Assembly (NCBI GenBank): GCA_951406725.2
Contig: OX597841.1
Coordinates: 13,578,001 to 13,642,000 of the forward strand
DNA from: Octopus vulgaris
Taxonomy: Eukaryota
Length of the DNA stretch: 64,000 nucleotides
Direction of reading: 5' to 3'
Shown here: one piece after another, positions 25,349-38,507 of the stretch
Position numbering within the stretch: position 1 is the first letter of the stretch
Layout: every line of letters begins with the position of its first letter
The notes under the pieces: model-generated
Databases searched by the model: none
What the model was told of the DNA's origin: nothing
Seen by the model: only the letters and a program-made list of their open reading frames with translations
Made by a program: the position numbers and the translations under genes

Positions 25349-25517
25349 ACACCCTAAATAATGTATGTATATACACTAAACCATTTTTTAATATTGATGC
25401 TCTCTGATTTGAGGAGGATTCCTTTTGGTTATTTCTAGCATGTTGTATGACCACAGAGTTATAATGAAACCTATTTGCTTATAAACTGATGTTGTGTCTT
25501 TCATTCTTCTTCCCCAG

Positions 25518-25586
25518 GTGTCCGCTTCATACTCAAAGTCTACCCTGGACGAAGATGGCCAGTGGTCTCAGGGCTTAATTTCTGCA
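25518..25586 (+). CDS. TLN: Talin exon (R13 / I/LWEQ domain)
   Basis: tccccAG|GTG...TCT GCA|GTAAGT; 69 nt; VSASYSKSTLDEDGQWSQGLISA contains the conserved DGQWSQGLISA motif. Confidence 0.97.
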
Positions 25587-25856
25587 GTAAGTACTCACTT
25601 TTTTTACCCTCATGTACTCTCATTTAATTCACCTGTACTGTTTGAACGCTCGTATGCTCCTTCAGAAAAATAGAAATTAAGATTAAACACCCTGCGATAG
25701 GTGAAAACCTGCAAAGTAGAAACATTACTGTATATAATTTTTTTTTATTTTTATAATTTGTTTATATTTTATTATGAATGCAAAACAACACCACAAAGGA
25801 ATTGATGTAAGTTTAAATTATAAACTGCAATATAGGGATTACTGTGTATGTATATA

Positions 25857-26254
25857 CTAGCAGTATTGCCCGGCGTTGCTCGGGTTTGTTTCGACCCTTT
25901 AGAATTGGAATTTTTGAAAAGTAAAAATTTTGCATTATGTAGCTTGTTATTCTCTTTAAGTGAACATTTTTCTGGTTGAAATACACCGGAAAAATGGCGA
26001 CACAGCAGTCAAAAAATCGTAAAAAATAGGGATTTTCATAGGAAAAAAAGCAGCTTTTTGATGTAAATAATTTTTGGTGTTAACATGGTCCAATTTGAAT
26101 TTTTTCTTCTACGGAAGGAAGAGCAAGCCTTCTTCTATCATACTCTCAATTTTGGTCAACTTGCGCCGCAGGGTCTCGGAGGAGATAGTGTTAATTGAAG
26201 GCTATACCAAACCTGACATACACACACAGACAACTTCAGCTTTATATATAAAGA
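25857..26254 (-). mobile_element. Non-autonomous Helitron in a talin intron
   Basis: The minus strand starts TCTTTATATATAAAG and ends with the hairpin CCCGAGCAACGCCGGG followed by CTAG. It is inserted between A and T with no TSD. Confidence 0.85.
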
Positions 26255-26553
26255 TATATATATATATGGTATGAAAATAAATTTTAAAAAAAGGCATAAG
26301 AATGACGTTAAAGAACAAACAGGGTTTATTAGGCTCATGGTCAGGAAAATTCAAAGAAGTTCTTAACATTTTGAGCGTTTGCTCTTAATGACAGATGAGG
26401 AGAGAGAGGAATAAGAACAGAGTACACACACATCGTAAAAAATTCATTGGTTATCAACCGTAAATTGCTGTATACATGTGTATTATATATATATTTTATT
26501 CTGGACATTAAATGGACAATGGTGATGATGTTTCACTCCCTTCTCCTTTTCAG

Positions 26554-26736
26554 GCTCGCCGTGTGGCAGCTGCAACACAAAGCCTGTGTGAGGCTGCTAA
26601 TGCAATGGTGCAGGGTCAGGCAAGTGAAGAAAAATTAATTGCATCAGCGAAGGAAGTTGCTGGTTCGACCGCTGCCCTCTTGGTGGCGTGCAAAGTGAAA
26701 GCTGACGTCGGTTCAATCTCAATGCACAGATTGCAG
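26554..26736 (+). CDS. TLN: Talin exon (R13 / I/LWEQ domain)
   Basis: ttttcAG|GCT...TTG CAG|GTTCGT; 183 nt; ARRVAAATQSLCEAANAMVQGQASEEKLIASAKEVAGSTAALLVACKVKADVGSISMHRLQ. Confidence 0.97.
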
Positions 26737-27357
26737 GTTCGTGGGACGATCTTTCCACTAATTTTTTTATTCGTTATTTTTTTTATTTTGTTTTACTGTG
26801 GCTGAATCGGTGAAGCAAAACATGGCTGTGTTTGTGATGTTTTTTAAGGGAGTTGAGGTGGAAGAGATGAGGGGGTTTGTGGCGGTGGTGATTTTGGCAT
26901 TCGGTGAATAATAAAGAGTGGTTGGAGATCATGTGGTCGTTTGCCTCAAATCGCCAGGTCTGGTCGGCGTTTGTGAGAGATGCAGCATTGAGGATGAATG
27001 AAACCAGCTCAACCCACCCCGGGTGAATGCTGTCTCAAGACAAGGAGACAAGGCATTCGGTGAATGAGTGAACGAATGAGCTGAGTGGATGAGTGAGTGA
27101 ATTAGTTGAGTGAGAGTGGATGGGTGATGGGGAAGTGGGGCAAAATGAGTAATTACATGTATTTCCAAGTATTGAGTGAGACTGGACAGTGAACGCAAGC
27201 TGGAGTGCAGATGTATGGACAAGCAGAGGCTGGAGTCGGTTTAATGATGATGGTGGTGGTGGTGAAAGGGAGGGGCGATTTTGCAGACTTTGATTGCTGG
27301 TGGGAAGTTGAGATTGGTGCATACTAAGTGCATGTGTTTCTTATTGTGCATTGACAG

Positions 27358-27483
27358 GCGGCAGGAAATGCAGTGAAGAAGGCGTCAGATGCATTAGTCC
27401 AAGCAGCACAGCAGTCACAGAGCTTCGAAGCTGATGAAGATGAGTTGACCATAAATAAACGAATGGTTGGAGGTATTGCACAG
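27358..27483 (+). CDS. TLN: Talin exon (end of R13, linker to dimerisation helix)
   Basis: ttgacAG|GCG...GCA CAG|GTGAGG; 126 nt; AAGNAVKKASDALVQAAQQSQSFEADEDELTINKRMVGGIAQ. Confidence 0.97.
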
Positions 27484-28358
27484 GTGAGGCCCCATGTTTT
27501 TCTGTTTTTATCAACAGCGCTCACTTAAATAGTTGTGTTTTAGGCAGATGGCAACCCTAGGTAAATTTCTTGTTCTTTGTGTAGCGATTACATCATAGCA
27601 AGGTCTATTAAATAACAGAAGAACCTGCTTCACTGAAGAGGTTTCATAAGACTGGAACCAGTCTGGAATTACCACCATACTTACCGAAGATTAACACTTT
27701 TATGTTACGTAACAGTATTTCTATTGAAATCTGTTTCAATTAATTTAGTTAATTAACTTGGTCGTTATTAAAATGGTTATTTCGAACATTTTAATGGAAG
27801 GTTTTAATTTGGCTCACTTTGTGGGCAGTAAAGAAATAAGAAGCTTGCTTACCAACAACATGGCTGGGTCTCTTTTGCTGAACTGCTAAGTTACAGGGAT
27901 GTAAATATACCAACACCAGTTTTCAAGCAGTGGTGGGGAGGAGAAGCGGAGAGGCTAGTGGCTGTGTGGTAAGTAGCTTGCTTCCCAACTACATGGTTCC
28001 AGGTTCAGTCCCACTGTATGGCACCTTGGGCAAGTGTCTTCTACTATAGCCTCAGGCCAACCAAAACCCTTGTGAGTGGATTTGGTAGATGGAAACTGAA
28101 AGAAGCCCATCATACATATTAATATATGTTTGTGTGTCTGTGTTTACATGCCCCGTAACTTAGCGGTTCGGCAAAAGACACCGAAAAAATAAGTACTAGG
28201 CTTACAAAGAATAAGTCCTGGGGCTCGATTTGATTGGCTAAAAGGCAGTGCTCCAGCATGGCCAGAGTCAAATGACTGAAACAAGTAAAAGAAAAATTTT
28301 TTTTTTTTAAATTCATTTTTTTTTATTAATTTATTTAATCTTTGTTTTTCTCTTTCAG

Positions 28359-28493
28359 GAAATTATGGCGCAGGAAGAAATTCTGCGAAAAGAGAAAGAG
28401 CTTGACTCAGCTCGGAAACGCTTGGCTGAGATTCGGAAAGCTCGCTACAAGGACAAACCTCCAGAGGATTACGACTCCTCCTCTTCATTTTAA
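28359..28493 (+). CDS. TLN: Talin last coding exon (dimerisation helix, stop codon)
   Basis: tctttcAG|GAA ATT ATG...TTT TAA; EIMAQEEILRKEKELDSARKRLAEIRKARYKDKPPEDYDSSSSF*, matching talin IIAAQEEMLRKERELEEARKKLAQIRQQQY. Confidence 0.97.
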   Translation, partial: EIMAQEEILRKEKELDSARKRLAEIRKARYKDKPPEDYDSSSSF

Positions 28494-30278
28494 ACTAATC
28501 AAAAAAAAACACTTAACGAACTTCAAAGAAAAAGAAAAAAAGAAAAAAAAAAACACTTCGTTTTCTTCCCACTCAATCCCTTTGCTCCCTTTCACTTTCT
28601 CCCCCACCCCCCTCTGGCCCTTTGCTCTCCCCCACTCCCCTCTCGCCCTTTGCTCTCCCCACCCCCCTCGCTCTCTATTTTAAACTCCTTTTCACACATA
28701 CATCTATTATATGTGTGCGAGATATATCTGTGTATATAAATATTATTATTATTATTAGATATGTGTCTATTGTGTGTATACGTATGTATATATATATATA
28801 TATATATATATGTTTGTGTATATAGATATATACATACACACACACGCGTGCACACAACACATTAAATAAACACTGCTGCTAAAATTTTCAACTCCATGAT
28901 GGTCCTAAATATTATTCCCCTTCTTACTTATTTCTTTCTGTTGGGGGTCGTTTTTTTCCCACCCCTTTTTTTTTTATGTTTTCTTGAATTTATTTTATAT
29001 TTTCCTCTTTTTAATTTTTAAAATAAATTTTTATAAGTTTATTTCATTATCAAACCCTTTCATCTATCTGTATGTATGTATGTATGTATATGTGTGTGTG
29101 TGTGTGTATATATATATACACATATATATATATATATACATTCACACAAGTACTCTATATTTATCGTAATACCAATTGCTATCAATATGCATATATATAT
29201 ATATATATATACACACATATTGATAGCAAATGGTATTACGGTAACTATAGAGTACTTGTGTGAATGTATATATATATATATATATACACCATTAATACCA
29301 AACAAGAACGAGTGCTTAACACTGCATTGGTGGATAAATATTCTGTAATTATGGGTTAACAAGGCTACCATTAGTTTCATGCTAAAGGCTTGAATATTGT
29401 TGAGATTTCTCCCAAGGCCCTGATTAATACAGGTATATATATATATATACACACACACACCTCTATGTATATATATATATATATATATACAAATAACTGA
29501 CAGATGTTGCAAGGTGGCTCAGGAGTTGAAAGTTTCGTGCATTGGCACCTATTATTGGCACTTTGGTAAGTGCGACTACACAAAACTCTCAGCACCTGAG
29601 TCACTTTGTAGCCCCCAACAAATAAATATATACACACACCTGCGCTTTGAGGTCCATTTTCCTGTTTGTATCAGCAAATCTATATATATATATATATATG
29701 TGCATGTGTGGACACACGCATGCATGCATACATACATATGTGAACATTTGTGTTTGATACATATACAAGATATAAAAAATTGTCACCAGGAAATAAGAAA
29801 AACAAAGGAAAAAGCTGAAAATTCTTTTGAAATAAAAGGAGACCATTGCGCTGCCCCCAGAACTGCCTCCATGTTGGAGGAGAGGGCAGAGACAGAAGAG
29901 GAAAAGAAAATAGAAAAGCCCTCCTGCTCGCCCCACATCACACACAAAATTTTCTGACAGCCCCATCTCCACCCCTCTCTTCATGGGTCACGGCCCTTTG
30001 TTCCTCCCCCACATCCCACTCCAGCCACCCCACCGCTCTTCTTTACACTGCTGCCAAAAGGAGAGAAAGAGAGAGAGTCAAAGGATGTTTTTGGACAACG
30101 TTGACCATACACAGTTGTTTGCATGTTACGTGCAGCCAGCAATGTGTGTGTGTGTATAATTTGCATGTGTGTGCACCAAGTGAGGAGGTGTTGTGATGAC
30201 AACTGATGATGATGGTGATGATGACAATGGCTAACTCTGTTATCGTCACCATCATCGTCTGTGAAAAAAAAAAGCAAA

Positions 30279-30324
<46 letters not shown>

Positions 30325-30557
30325 TTATAGATATTTATATATGTCTGTATGTATCTAACTATACATACACGTATACATATATATATGCACACATGTGTGG
30401 TAGTAAAGGGTGTATATGTACATACACAAGCACATAGATGTGTGTGTATATATATATATAGGTATGATATACATACATATATATATACATACACACACAT
30501 AGAGTGGTGTTATATACATATAAGTATATATAGTTGTGTGAATGTGTGTATATATAT

Positions 30558-30596
<39 letters not shown>

Positions 30597-31260
30597 CACA
30601 TATAGAGGTGTTATATACATATATATAAGTATATATAGTTGTGTGTGAACGTGTGTACATATATATACGTATATATAGCTGTGTATATATATATATATAT
30701 GTATATCTATAGCTGTATATACATATATAGCTATACACACACACACACACACACACACACATATGTATATACACTTTCCAGCTCATGTGATGCATCAATT
30801 TATCTTAAAAACTGTTTAAAATGAATACGAAGGATTTGTTGTCTTTATGTTCAGCTCATTTGTTATAACGATGATAATAATGATGATTAACGATATTAAT
30901 TATTGGTAAAAATAAAGGTACGTATAGTTGAAAAAAATATATACCGTTTCTCTCCCACCTTTCTGATTCTTCCCTATTGATCCAAACACACACACACAAA
31001 CGTCTGTGTGTAAATATACACATTTCAATATATATATATATAACTATATATATGTATATATATATATATACACACACACATACACGTCTATATATGTATA
31101 CATACAGATATACCCTTCATCGAAACTATTGTTGCTTCATTCTACACCCTGGTACATCTTATATACACAACCAGCAAACTATGTTGATAAATGACCGTAC
31201 AAACTGTTTTTGTTGTTGTTGTTGTTTTTTGAACTAGGAAAAGTAATTGTTGTTGTTATA

Positions 31261-31291
<31 letters not shown>

Positions 31292-31980
31292 AATTAAGGC
31301 GGCAAACTGGCCGAATCGTTAGTACGCCGGGTGAAATGCTTAGCGGCAATTCTGTTCCAATTGTTACATTTGGAGTTCAAATTCTGCTGAGGTCGACTTT
31401 GCCTTTCATCCTTTCAGGGGGTCAATAAATTAAGTACCAATCAAGTACTGGGGATCGATGTGGCTGGCCGACTATCCCTACTCCCCACAAATTCCAGGCC
31501 GCTTGGACCTGTTGTAGAAGGGGTTATTATCGTTATTTTAAGGCAGCAAGCTGGCAGAGTCGTTAGCGTCGTTAGCAAGCCAGACAAAAAAAATGCTTGG
31601 CAGTATTTTGCCCCTCTTTACATTCAGAGTTCAAATCCCACTGAGGTGGTCTCTCATCCCTTCGGGGTTGATGAAATAAGAACAGGGGTCAATTTAATCA
31701 ACTTTGCAAACTTCCCACCGCCCCCTCATAATGCTGGCTTTGTGCCAAAATTTGGAATCATTATTATTATTATCATTATTATTGTTGTTTGTTTGTTTGG
31801 AATTTGATTCATTTAAGGCAATCCAGCCCCCCAAAAAGACCCTTTTGAGATGAAGAGGTGCAAATGACGGCAAGGGGTGGGGGAAGAAAATACTACAAAA
31901 CGAAATGAATCTTGAACAATAATAATGATGACGATGACGGAAGCTGACAAAACACTTGAATAGTAAATAAAGAAATTATT
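28494..31980 (+). other. Probable talin 3' UTR region (end uncertain)
   Basis: Follows the stop codon. AATAAA occurs near 28865, 29022, 30911 and 31966, the last followed by a T-rich tract. Confidence 0.4.
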
Positions 31981-32947
31981 AATTATATATGTATTTATTT
32001 TTATTGTTTTTGTTTATGATTTCCTTTGAAGTGTGGGGGGGGGGGCAGGTCACAGCAATTGAAGACAACTCTTTTCTTCATGGACCTCTGAGACTGGAAA
32101 GAGAAGCTAAGTCACACCCAGATTGGAATGGTACTGAAGGACACCCACTACCCTTAATGGTAGATAGGGGCTTCTTTGGACTGTATTTTAATAGGGTGGC
32201 AAGCTGGCAGAATTATAAGCACACCAGGTGAAATACAAAACCACACCTACAATAATCATTAAATTCCAGGCGTAGGAGTGGCTGTGTGGTAAGTAGCTTG
32301 CTTACCAACCACATGGTTCCAGGTTCATTCCCACTGAGTGGCACCTTTGGGAAGTGTCTTCTACTTTAGATGATGATGAAAATGAAAGAAGCCATGTGTG
32401 TCCTGTTCCCCTCCACCGCTTTATGACTATTGTTGGTTCAACAAGAGACTGCAGTCAATCTTTGTCGAACCGACAAGGCATTGGTTGGCTCAGCCTTGTG
32501 AGTCGATTTGGTAGACGGAAACTGAAAGAGGCCCGTCGTGTATATATATAAATTAGAAAAACACCACCTTGTATCAATTCAATAATGAAAAATTACATAC
32601 TATAGAAAGATTAAACATAGGATAAGACATATAACGATGATTAAGTAATGTGCAAAATAAAACATATATGTTGGTTTACTCTGAAAACCCTTTTGGGATT
32701 TTGATGGAAACGCAATCACAAAGGTTCAGAAAGGTTTATTATTGCCTCAATTTGGATGAAACGCTTTTATTCTTTTTTTCTTTTGTTTTCACTTAAATTT
32801 AATCTTTCTATAAGAAGTAATTTTTCTAAATGGTATGATTTAATTTTTCATTATTGAGATGTATGTGTATGTATATAATATATATACATACATAAAGACA
32901 TATATATATATATATATATATATACATACATACATATATATACATAT

Positions 32948-33200
32948 CTCTTTTACTCTTTTACTTGTTTCAGCCATCCGGCTGAGGCCATGCTGGGGCA
33001 CCGCCCTTGTTGCTACCCTCTCTAAGTCCAGTTTGCCGTGGCTGGCCACTGATCTAAGAGAGAGTTTGTAGCTGCTGCCCTTAGGTTACCTTCGTCCTTG
33101 CAGTGGGTTCATCTGGGATCCCGGAAAGCAGCTTGTCTAGATGGTTTTTGAAAATGTCCACATCCGCATCATGTAGATCTCTTAGTTTTCTTGGCAGATA
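32948..33200 (-). mobile_element. 3' end of a CR1-group LINE, truncated by the assembly gap
   Basis: LPRKLRDLHDADVDIFKNHLDKLLSGIPDEPT...RAAATNSLLDQ, followed by the tail GGCGGTGCCCCAGCATGGCC...CTGAAACAAGTAAAAGAG. Confidence 0.8.
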
Positions 33201-33300
33201 NNNNNNNNNNNNNNNNNNNNNNNNNNNNNNNNNNNNNNNNNNNNNNNNNNNNNNNNNNNNNNNNNNNNNNNNNNNNNNNNNNNNNNNNNNNNNNNNNNNN
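33201..33300. other. Assembly gap (100 N)
   Basis: Run of N. Confidence 1.
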
Positions 33301-34348
33301 AGGTAGGCCCAGGAAAAACCTGGGTCGAGGTGGTGAAGCACGACCTTCAAACTTTAGTTCTCACCAAGGAAATGACCAGAGACCGAGACCTTTGGAAGTA
33401 TGCTGTGCGTGAGAAAACCCGGCAAGACCAGTGAGAACAATCAAAATCAAATCATATATCAGAAAGCCCTGTCTGGGTGTAAGTGGCACGTAAAGCACCA
33501 TCCGTTCGTGTCCGCGTTGCCAGCCTCGTCTGGCCCCGTGCCGGTGATACACAAAAGCACCATCCGTCGCTCATGGCCGTCGGTTGCCACCATCCGTTCT
33601 CTGCCTGGCCCCGTGTCGGTGGCACGTAAAAGCACCATCCGTTCGTGCCGTTTGCCAGCCTCGCCTGGCCCCGTGTCGGTGACACGTAAAAGCACCATCC
33701 GTTCGTGGCCGTTTGCCAGCTCTGTCTGGCCCCCATGTCGGTGACATGTTAAAGCACCATCCGTTCGTGGCCGTTTGCCAGCCCTGTCTGGCCCCCGTGT
33801 CGGTGGCATGTAAAAGCACCATCCGTTTGTGTCCGTTGCCAGCCTCGCCTGGCCCCCGTGCAGGTGATACGTAAAAGCACCATCCGTTCATGGCCGTTTG
33901 CCAGCTCTGTCTGGCCCCCGTGTCGGTGGCACGTAAAAGCACCATCCGTTCATGTCCGTTGCCAGCCTCGCCTGGCCCCCGTGCCGGTGACACGTAAAAG
34001 CTCCGTCCGTTCGTGGCCGTTTGCCAGCTCTGTCTGGCCCCATGTCAGTGGCACGTAAAAGCACCATCCGTCCGTGTCCGTTGCCAGCATCACCTGACCC
34101 GTGCTGGTGACCCGTAAAAGCACCATCCGTTCGTGGACGTTTGCCAGCTCTGTCTGGCACCTGTGCAGGTGGCACGTAAAAAACACCCACTACACTCGCG
34201 GAGTGGTTGGCGTTAGGAAGGGCATCCAGCCGTAGAAACACTGCCAGATCTGACTGGGCCTGACAAAGCCTACCAGCTTCACAGACCCCAGTTGACCCGT
34301 CCAACCCATGCTAGCATGGAAAGCAGACGCTAAATGATGATAATGATA
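33301..34348 (+). mobile_element. 3' end of an RTE-clade LINE with tandem repeats in the 3' UTR
   Basis: GRPRK/TWVEVVKHDLQTLVLTKEMTRDRDLWKYAV (one frameshift), then about 60-bp tandem units, then ggttggcgttaggaagggcatcc and a (GAT)n tail. Shorter copies lie at 35634(-), 36740, 37340, 51130, 51628 and 52240. Confidence 0.85.
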
Positions 34349-34447
34349 TATATATATATGTGTAGATATATGTGTGTATATATATATGTATGTATATATG
34401 TATGAGTATGTATGTGTATATATGTATATATATGTGTATATATATAA

Positions 34448-34505
<58 letters not shown>

Positions 34506-34627
34506 GTATGTATATATCTATATATATATATACACATGTATATATATATACGTACATATATGTATGTATATATATGTACATATATGTATGTATATATATA
34601 TATGGATGTATATATATATGTATGTAT

Positions 34628-34659
<32 letters not shown>

Positions 34660-34880
34660 ATATATATACATATATGTATGTGTATATATATACATATAAT
34701 GTATGTGTATATATATACAAGTATATATATACATATATGTATGTATATATGTGTGTATACATATATGTATATATATACATAAATGTATGTATATATATAT
34801 ATATTTAAGTGTATATATATATATGTATGTGTATATATATATATTTATGTATATATATGTATGTACGTATATGTATGTAT

Positions 34881-34945
<65 letters not shown>
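34346..34945. repeat. Compound (TA)/(TG) microsatellite
   Basis: Direct inspection. Confidence 0.95.
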
Positions 34946-34946
<1 letters not shown>

Positions 34947-37900
34947 GTCCCAACATCGCTTGACAACTGATGCTGGTGTTTTATGTCCCCATAACTTAGC
35001 GGTTCGGCAAAAGAAACCGATAGTATAAGTACTTGGCTTACAAAGAGTAAGTCCTGGGGTCGATTCGCTCGAATAAATGCGGTGCTCCAGCATGGCCGCA
35101 GTCAAAATGACTGAAAAGAATAAAAGAGTAAGTTTAATCCAAATTTCACATAAAACCTTTCTGAACCCTTTTTTATGATTTATTATGCAGGACTCATTGT
35201 GTTACCATCAAAATCTGAAAAGGGTCTTCAGAGTAAACCAATACATTGTGAATAACATCGGTGAAAATAATCTTCTGGGGTTTAGGCATCAGCAGAAATC
35301 CTCTTTTTGAAGATCTTCAGACGTTGGAAGCATGCATGCAGGCCGGGACGAGTGCAATTTGTTTCATGTGGATACCAAAATTGCAAACGTCACGACCTAA
35401 ACGGTTACTTGTTAAAGAACGGCGAACAGGGATGCTGCAAAGATGAAACGGGTGAAGCCGGATACGCTCAAAAGTCATATATTCATACACAGAGATATGC
35501 AATACATATATATATATATATATATATCTTTTATTAAACTTTTAATACTTTTGATATTTAAAAAAAAAAAATTAAATAAATAAATAAATTAATAAATAAA
35601 TAAAATAATATACAAATATAAAAATATACATACATCATCATCATCATCATCATCGTTTAACGTCCGTTCTCCATGCTAGCATGGGTTGGATGGTTCGACC
35701 GGGGATCTGGGAAGCCAGAAGGCTGCACCAGGCTCCAGTCTGATCTGGCAGTGTTTCTACAGCTGGATGCAATATATATATATAAAATTTATAAGCTTAA
35801 ATTATTTAAATAATTTTTTATTTTTAAATTAATTTTATGTATTGGCTGATGTTTTTCACTGTTTGATTTTTCCTAATAGTGGTTTTATCTCTAATTTAAT
35901 ATAATATATATATATATGTACATATATATACACACACAATCATTTTAGCATTATCATATCTCTATATACACACTAATAAACACATAAATACACACGCACA
36001 CTTCTCTAAATTTCATCTATATATTCTGCACTCTCATGGCCACCCCCACTTTATCCTCCTACTCTGTTGTTTGTTTCTTCTCAAGCCATGCCTGGCTCAT
36101 AAGGGCCGGTTTTCCGGTTTCCTTGGCGTATAGGTTCCCCACCTGGACAGGACGCCGGTCCGTCGCAGGCGAGCTGCAAGATGCAGGAGGAAAGGGGGAG
36201 AGAAAATTGTGGCAAAAGAGTCAGCAGAAGTCGCGCCATTACCTTCTGTTTGCTAACCAACCACATGGTTCTGGGTTCAGTCCCACTGTGTGGAATCTTG
36301 GGCAAGTGTCCTCTGCTATAGCCCCAGGCCGAACAATGCCTTGTGAGTGGATTTGGTAGACGGAAACTGAAAGAAGCCCATCGTATAAATGTATGTGTGT
36401 GTGTTTGTGTTTGTGTGTCTGTGTTTGTCCCCTAGCATTGCTTGACAACCGATGCTGGTGTGTTTAAGTCCCCGTCACTTAGCGGTTCGGCAAAAGAGAC
36501 CGATAGAACAAGTACTGGGCTTACAAAAAGAATAAGTCCCGGGGTCGATTTGCTCGATTAAAGGCGGTGCTCCAGCACGGCCGCAGTCAAATGACTGAAA
36601 AGAGTAAAAGAGTAGAGAGATTTACAGCTAAGTGGACTGAGGACATTTGACAATTCCCATTTCATCAGAAAAGAATTTCTGATTAAGCCAAAAGATCAAA
36701 GACTAAAGAATATTTGCAGATTTCATACATCACCATTTTAACAGCACCAGTCTGTAAGGTGGTTGGTGTTAGGGAGCACATGCAACCAGAGAACTGGATC
36801 CTTGTGCAGCTTGCCAGTTCTGGTCAAACCGTCCAACCCATGCCAGCATGGAAAACAGGTGTTAAATGACGATGACGATATGGATCCTTTAGTGCTTTTA
36901 CTGGCGATGAACCGTTTCCTAGCATTCTGGACAGACCTCTGTAAAAAGAGCAAAACAAAATAAAGGGTCAATTGATAAATGCAAACCAAATAAAGGGTCG
37001 ATTTGTTTTATAACATTTTATTACAATTAAAATTCTATCTTACAATCATACTGTATCAAATAGATATTGTAGTTGTGTAACCCGTACCTATTTCTTTATT
37101 ACCCACAAGGGGCTAAACACAGAGAGGACAAACAAGGACAGACAAACGGATTAAGTCGATTACATCGACCTCAGTGCGTAACTGGTACTTATTTAATCGA
37201 CCCCGAAAGGATGAAAGGCAAAGACAACCTTGGCGGAATTTGAACTCAGAACGTAGCGACAGACGAAATACTGCTAAGCACTTCGCCCGGCGTGCTAACG
37301 TTTCTGCCAGCTCGCCGCCTTGTGAAACCCGTACCGGTGGCACGTTGGGCCTCACGGAGGCAATGACGAAAGACTGAGACTTCAGAGATATGCTGTGACT
37401 GCGAAGACCCGACAAATGAAGTGAGTTCGTGAGTTCATGGCTTGCAGGACGGCCTGCTGTGCTAAGCTTGGATCGTAGAGTGATCTGCTGTGGGGGAGGA
37501 GACCTATTGAGTCAAGTACATAAACATCAAAATAAAAATCAAATGGAAATTGTAGTTGTGATACCTGTGCTGGTGACACATAAAAAGCACCCACTACACT
37601 CACGGAGTGGTTGGCATTAGGAAGGGCATCCAGCTGTAGAAACACTGCCAGATCAGACTGGAGCCTGGCGCAGCCTTCTGGCTTCCCAGACCCTGGTCGA
37701 ACCATCCAACCCATGCTAGCATGGAAAACGGACGTTAAACGATGATGATGACATCTTAAACAGACAACGACTAATCTCTCAGATGCTCAAAATGTCCGCC
37801 TTCAACATTGTAACATTCTTCAAACCTCTTCAGAACCCTCTAACTCCCATGTAGCAGTCATGGACGGAAAGGTTTTAATTTCAGCTTAATGCATCGGGCA

Positions 37901-38112
37901 TTGCAGTTCTTAATATGTTCTTAATATGGATCGTTCTAGAGAAGCACATTGTGTGGCCTTCGTTGGACTGTTCACAAATATCATCTCATTTTTTTCAGTC
38001 ACAATAGTCTCAGGGCCTCCAGATTTGAGGGGGGGGAGGCGACAATTATAAACTGAAAAGGGAGCTTGACAAAATTAACTAAATTAGCATAGAATAATGT
38101 GGAAAGTGTTTA

Positions 38113-38327
38113 TAAGCCATTTAAGAAACACACAAAAGCCATTCGATTCACTTCAACATTTAAGTTTAATTTGTCAAAATATTTTCGTCGCTAAAATCCG
38201 CGACCTGTTCACTGACAAAAATCCGTAGTGAACGGGTTGCGGATTTTAGCAACGAAAATATTTTGACAAATTAAACTTAAATGTTGAAGTGAATCGAATG
38301 GCTTTTGTGTGTTTCTTAAATGGCTTA
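38113..38327. repeat. Near-perfect inverted repeat (about 100-bp arms)
   Basis: taagccatttaagaaacacacaaaagccattcgattcacttc...gttcact pairs with agtgaac...gaagtgaatcgaatggcttttgtgtgtttcttaaatggctta. Confidence 0.95.
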
Positions 38328-38507
38328 CACTGCAATTGTATTCGTTCCAGCACACGATCTCAAATCAGGTCACTAGAATAATGATTTCATATTTATTTTA
38401 TAATTTAGACCTAAACTGTTAATTTATGAATGTGAAAGAGATATAATTGAATAGCTGTAAACCTACTTTTGAACCACCCAGTGTGTGTGTGTGTGTGTGT
38501 ATATATA

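Noticed and set aside
26512-26805. Stand-alone 97-aa ORF
   Set aside because: It is a talin exon (26554-26736) plus in-frame intron sequence.
33480-34185. CRISPR-like regular repeats
   Set aside because: The units are contiguous with no unique spacers, lie in a LINE 3' UTR, and there are no cas genes in this eukaryotic DNA.
35261-35537. Short ORFs in a CpG-containing unique stretch
   Set aside because: No recognisable homology or splice structure.
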